A stretch of DNA of 64,000 bases from an uncultured Bacteroidaceae bacterium (GTDB lineage: Bacteria > Bacteroidota > Bacteroidia > Bacteroidales > SM23-62): positions 64,098-128,097 of the forward strand of contig CAYOPZ010000001.1 of NCBI GenBank assembly GCA_964406005.1. Direction: 5' to 3'. A program made the position numbers and the translations under genes. Shown in pieces: positions 63,133-64,000 of the stretch. The notes beneath the pieces were generated by a model, which was given only the letters and a program-made list of their open reading frames with translations, ran no database searches and was not told the DNA's origin. The stretch's first letter is position 1; each line of letters starts with the position of its first letter.

Positions 63133-63172
63133 ATTGATATTATTTATCAATATTTATTATCAATTTATCATA
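63133..63172. repeat. Palindrome plus iterated TATCAAT boxes upstream of gatC
   Basis: ATTGATA (63133-63139) and TATCAAT (63145-63151), separated by 5 nt, form a palindrome. A further TATCAAT lies at 63158-63164 and TATCATA at 63166-63172. All sit in a 170-bp AT-rich intergenic region. Confidence 0.6.
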
Positions 63173-63240
63173 GAAAAATAAGAATTCCTTTAACACTGAA
63201 TGTTAAAAGCAATAATCTGCCCTTAGGCCATAATGACATC

Positions 63241-63531
63241 TTACTTTGTATTCCTGCCGTGCTTCAGAAGGCTGTTATGCTTCAATACTACCTCCGACAA
63301 TATTAGCCTGAAAATTGAACCTATTAAGTCGGGATTTAAAGACAATAATTCAGATTTTTCTGCAAGTCTGGACAGAATTTGGTTTTCCCTGCTTTTATCC
63401 AAAGCCGGCAAATCATTACAGGCCTTTAAAAGGCCGATCTCATCTGTGATCTTAAATCTCCTGGAAATTAACTCGGTAATTTGATCATCGATATCATCAA
63501 TTTTTTGTCTCAGAACATTAAGGTCGTTCAT
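63241..63531 (-). CDS. Chorismate mutase (AroQ class, monofunctional)
   Basis: 96 aa. LRQKIDDIDDQITELISRRFKITDEIGLLK is the AroQ signature. Confidence 0.8.
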   Translation of the reverse strand: MNDLNVLRQKIDDIDDQITELISRRFKITDEIGLLKACNDLPALDKSRENQILSRLAEKSELLSLNPDLIGSIFRLILSEVVLKHNSLLKHGRNTK

Positions 63532-63588
63532 GCGGGTCTCAAAAATTTGGCTGGTAAATTAAATCAACGCAATATGCTTATCCTGCTT

Positions 63589-64000
63589 TTACTTGAAAAC
63601 ATCGTCCATAAATTCCAGAGACATATCCAGAGCCTGAATGCTTGCCGCCCTGGTGCTTTCCGCAGTCTCCCCTATGTAGCTGTGCGCCACGTTTGGAATA
63701 ACGTGCACGCTTGACCGGATGTTGTGAGCTGTAAGCAGGTCATTGAAGTCCACGGACTGCTGGTAGTCAATGACGGGATCTTCCGATCCGTGAATCAGTA
63801 AAAAGGCGCCATCCGATTCATCCACATAGGTAACCGGGCTGGCCTCTGCAAGCCATCCGGCAAAATATCCGCCGGGTCCGCCTCTTTCACCCATTTCAGT
63901 TAGATCGTAGATTCCGTACCAGCCTATGGTTGCTTGAACGCGGTCAGATTCAGTGGCAAGTTCGTCGGGTAAATTATCGGGTTCCAGTTCAACTGCACCC
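63589..64000 (-). CDS. Alpha/beta hydrolase (esterase / prolyl-oligopeptidase-like C-terminal part); N-terminus lies beyond the right edge
   Basis: The ORF track starts at an internal Met (63894). My translation upstream stays open to position 64000 (...IGWYGIYDLTEMGERGG...). The C-terminus has LLIHGSEDPVID and a catalytic-His-like VAHSY. Confidence 0.6.
   Translation of the reverse strand, partial: GAVELEPDNLPDELATESDRVQATIGWYGIYDLTEMGERGGPGGYFAGWLAEASPVTYVDESDGAFLLIHGSEDPVIDYQQSVDFNDLLTAHNIRSSVHVIPNVAHSYIGETAESTRAASIQALDMSLEFMDDVFK

Noticed and set aside
1-64000. CRISPR arrays, rRNA genes, large tandem repeats and insertion sequences.
   Set aside because: Reading the intergenic regions, I saw no regularly spaced direct repeats of 24-40 bp, no rRNA-like stretches and no transposase-like ORFs. 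The only repeats seen are the short ones reported above. An exhaustive repeat search was not possible by eye.

Overview
The window is 64 kb of densely coding bacterial DNA, with about 60 genes. It looks Bacteroidota-like, judged from gene families such as HYC_CC_PP-like, AbiE, oversized CzcA and DUF3347-tailed CzcB, and from TAnnTTTG-like promoter boxes. That is inference only; no search was run. I saw no rRNA, CRISPR array, integrase, transposase or conjugation genes. Nearly every gene from 1 to 33,360 is on the minus strand.

Blocks, left to right:
- (a) 1-5959: a tightly coupled five-gene operon encoding a PqqD-like protein, an ATP-grasp ligase, a PLP decarboxylase, a urea-transporter-like channel fused to an M23 peptidase, and a TPR/beta-strand-rich secreted protein. 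I cannot assign it to a known pathway.
- (b) 6072-23357: a roughly 17-kb heavy-metal island. It holds a Cu P-type ATPase, czcCBA-type RND efflux, many small metal-binding accessory proteins and an AraC-type regulator. It includes a 58-aa ORF that the ORF track missed.
- (c) 23447-25696: gpmA and an AbiEi/AbiEii toxin-antitoxin pair.
- (d) 25793-28902: a second metal module with a permease-HMA fusion, a CDF exporter and ZupT.
- (e) 28981-53422: housekeeping genes, including flavodoxin, an FAD/Fe-S oxidoreductase, lgt, usp, ispD, a TetR-regulated RND efflux operon, comF, dnaG and a sirtuin.
- (f) 53552-54427: a tRNA-CAU followed by an exact 18-bp repeat of its own 3' end and a visibly AT-rich gene.
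- (g) 54611-58012: two tandem M14 peptidase paralogs. The second has lost its zinc ligands.
- (h) 58049-63070: an AT-richer gatC-gatA-gatB operon in which gatB is fused in frame to a complete aspartyl-tRNA synthetase.

The two best candidates for undescribed biology are the GatB-AspRS fusion and the PqqD/ATP-grasp/decarboxylase/UT-M23 operon. All functional calls come from motif recognition by eye. No database search or computation was run.
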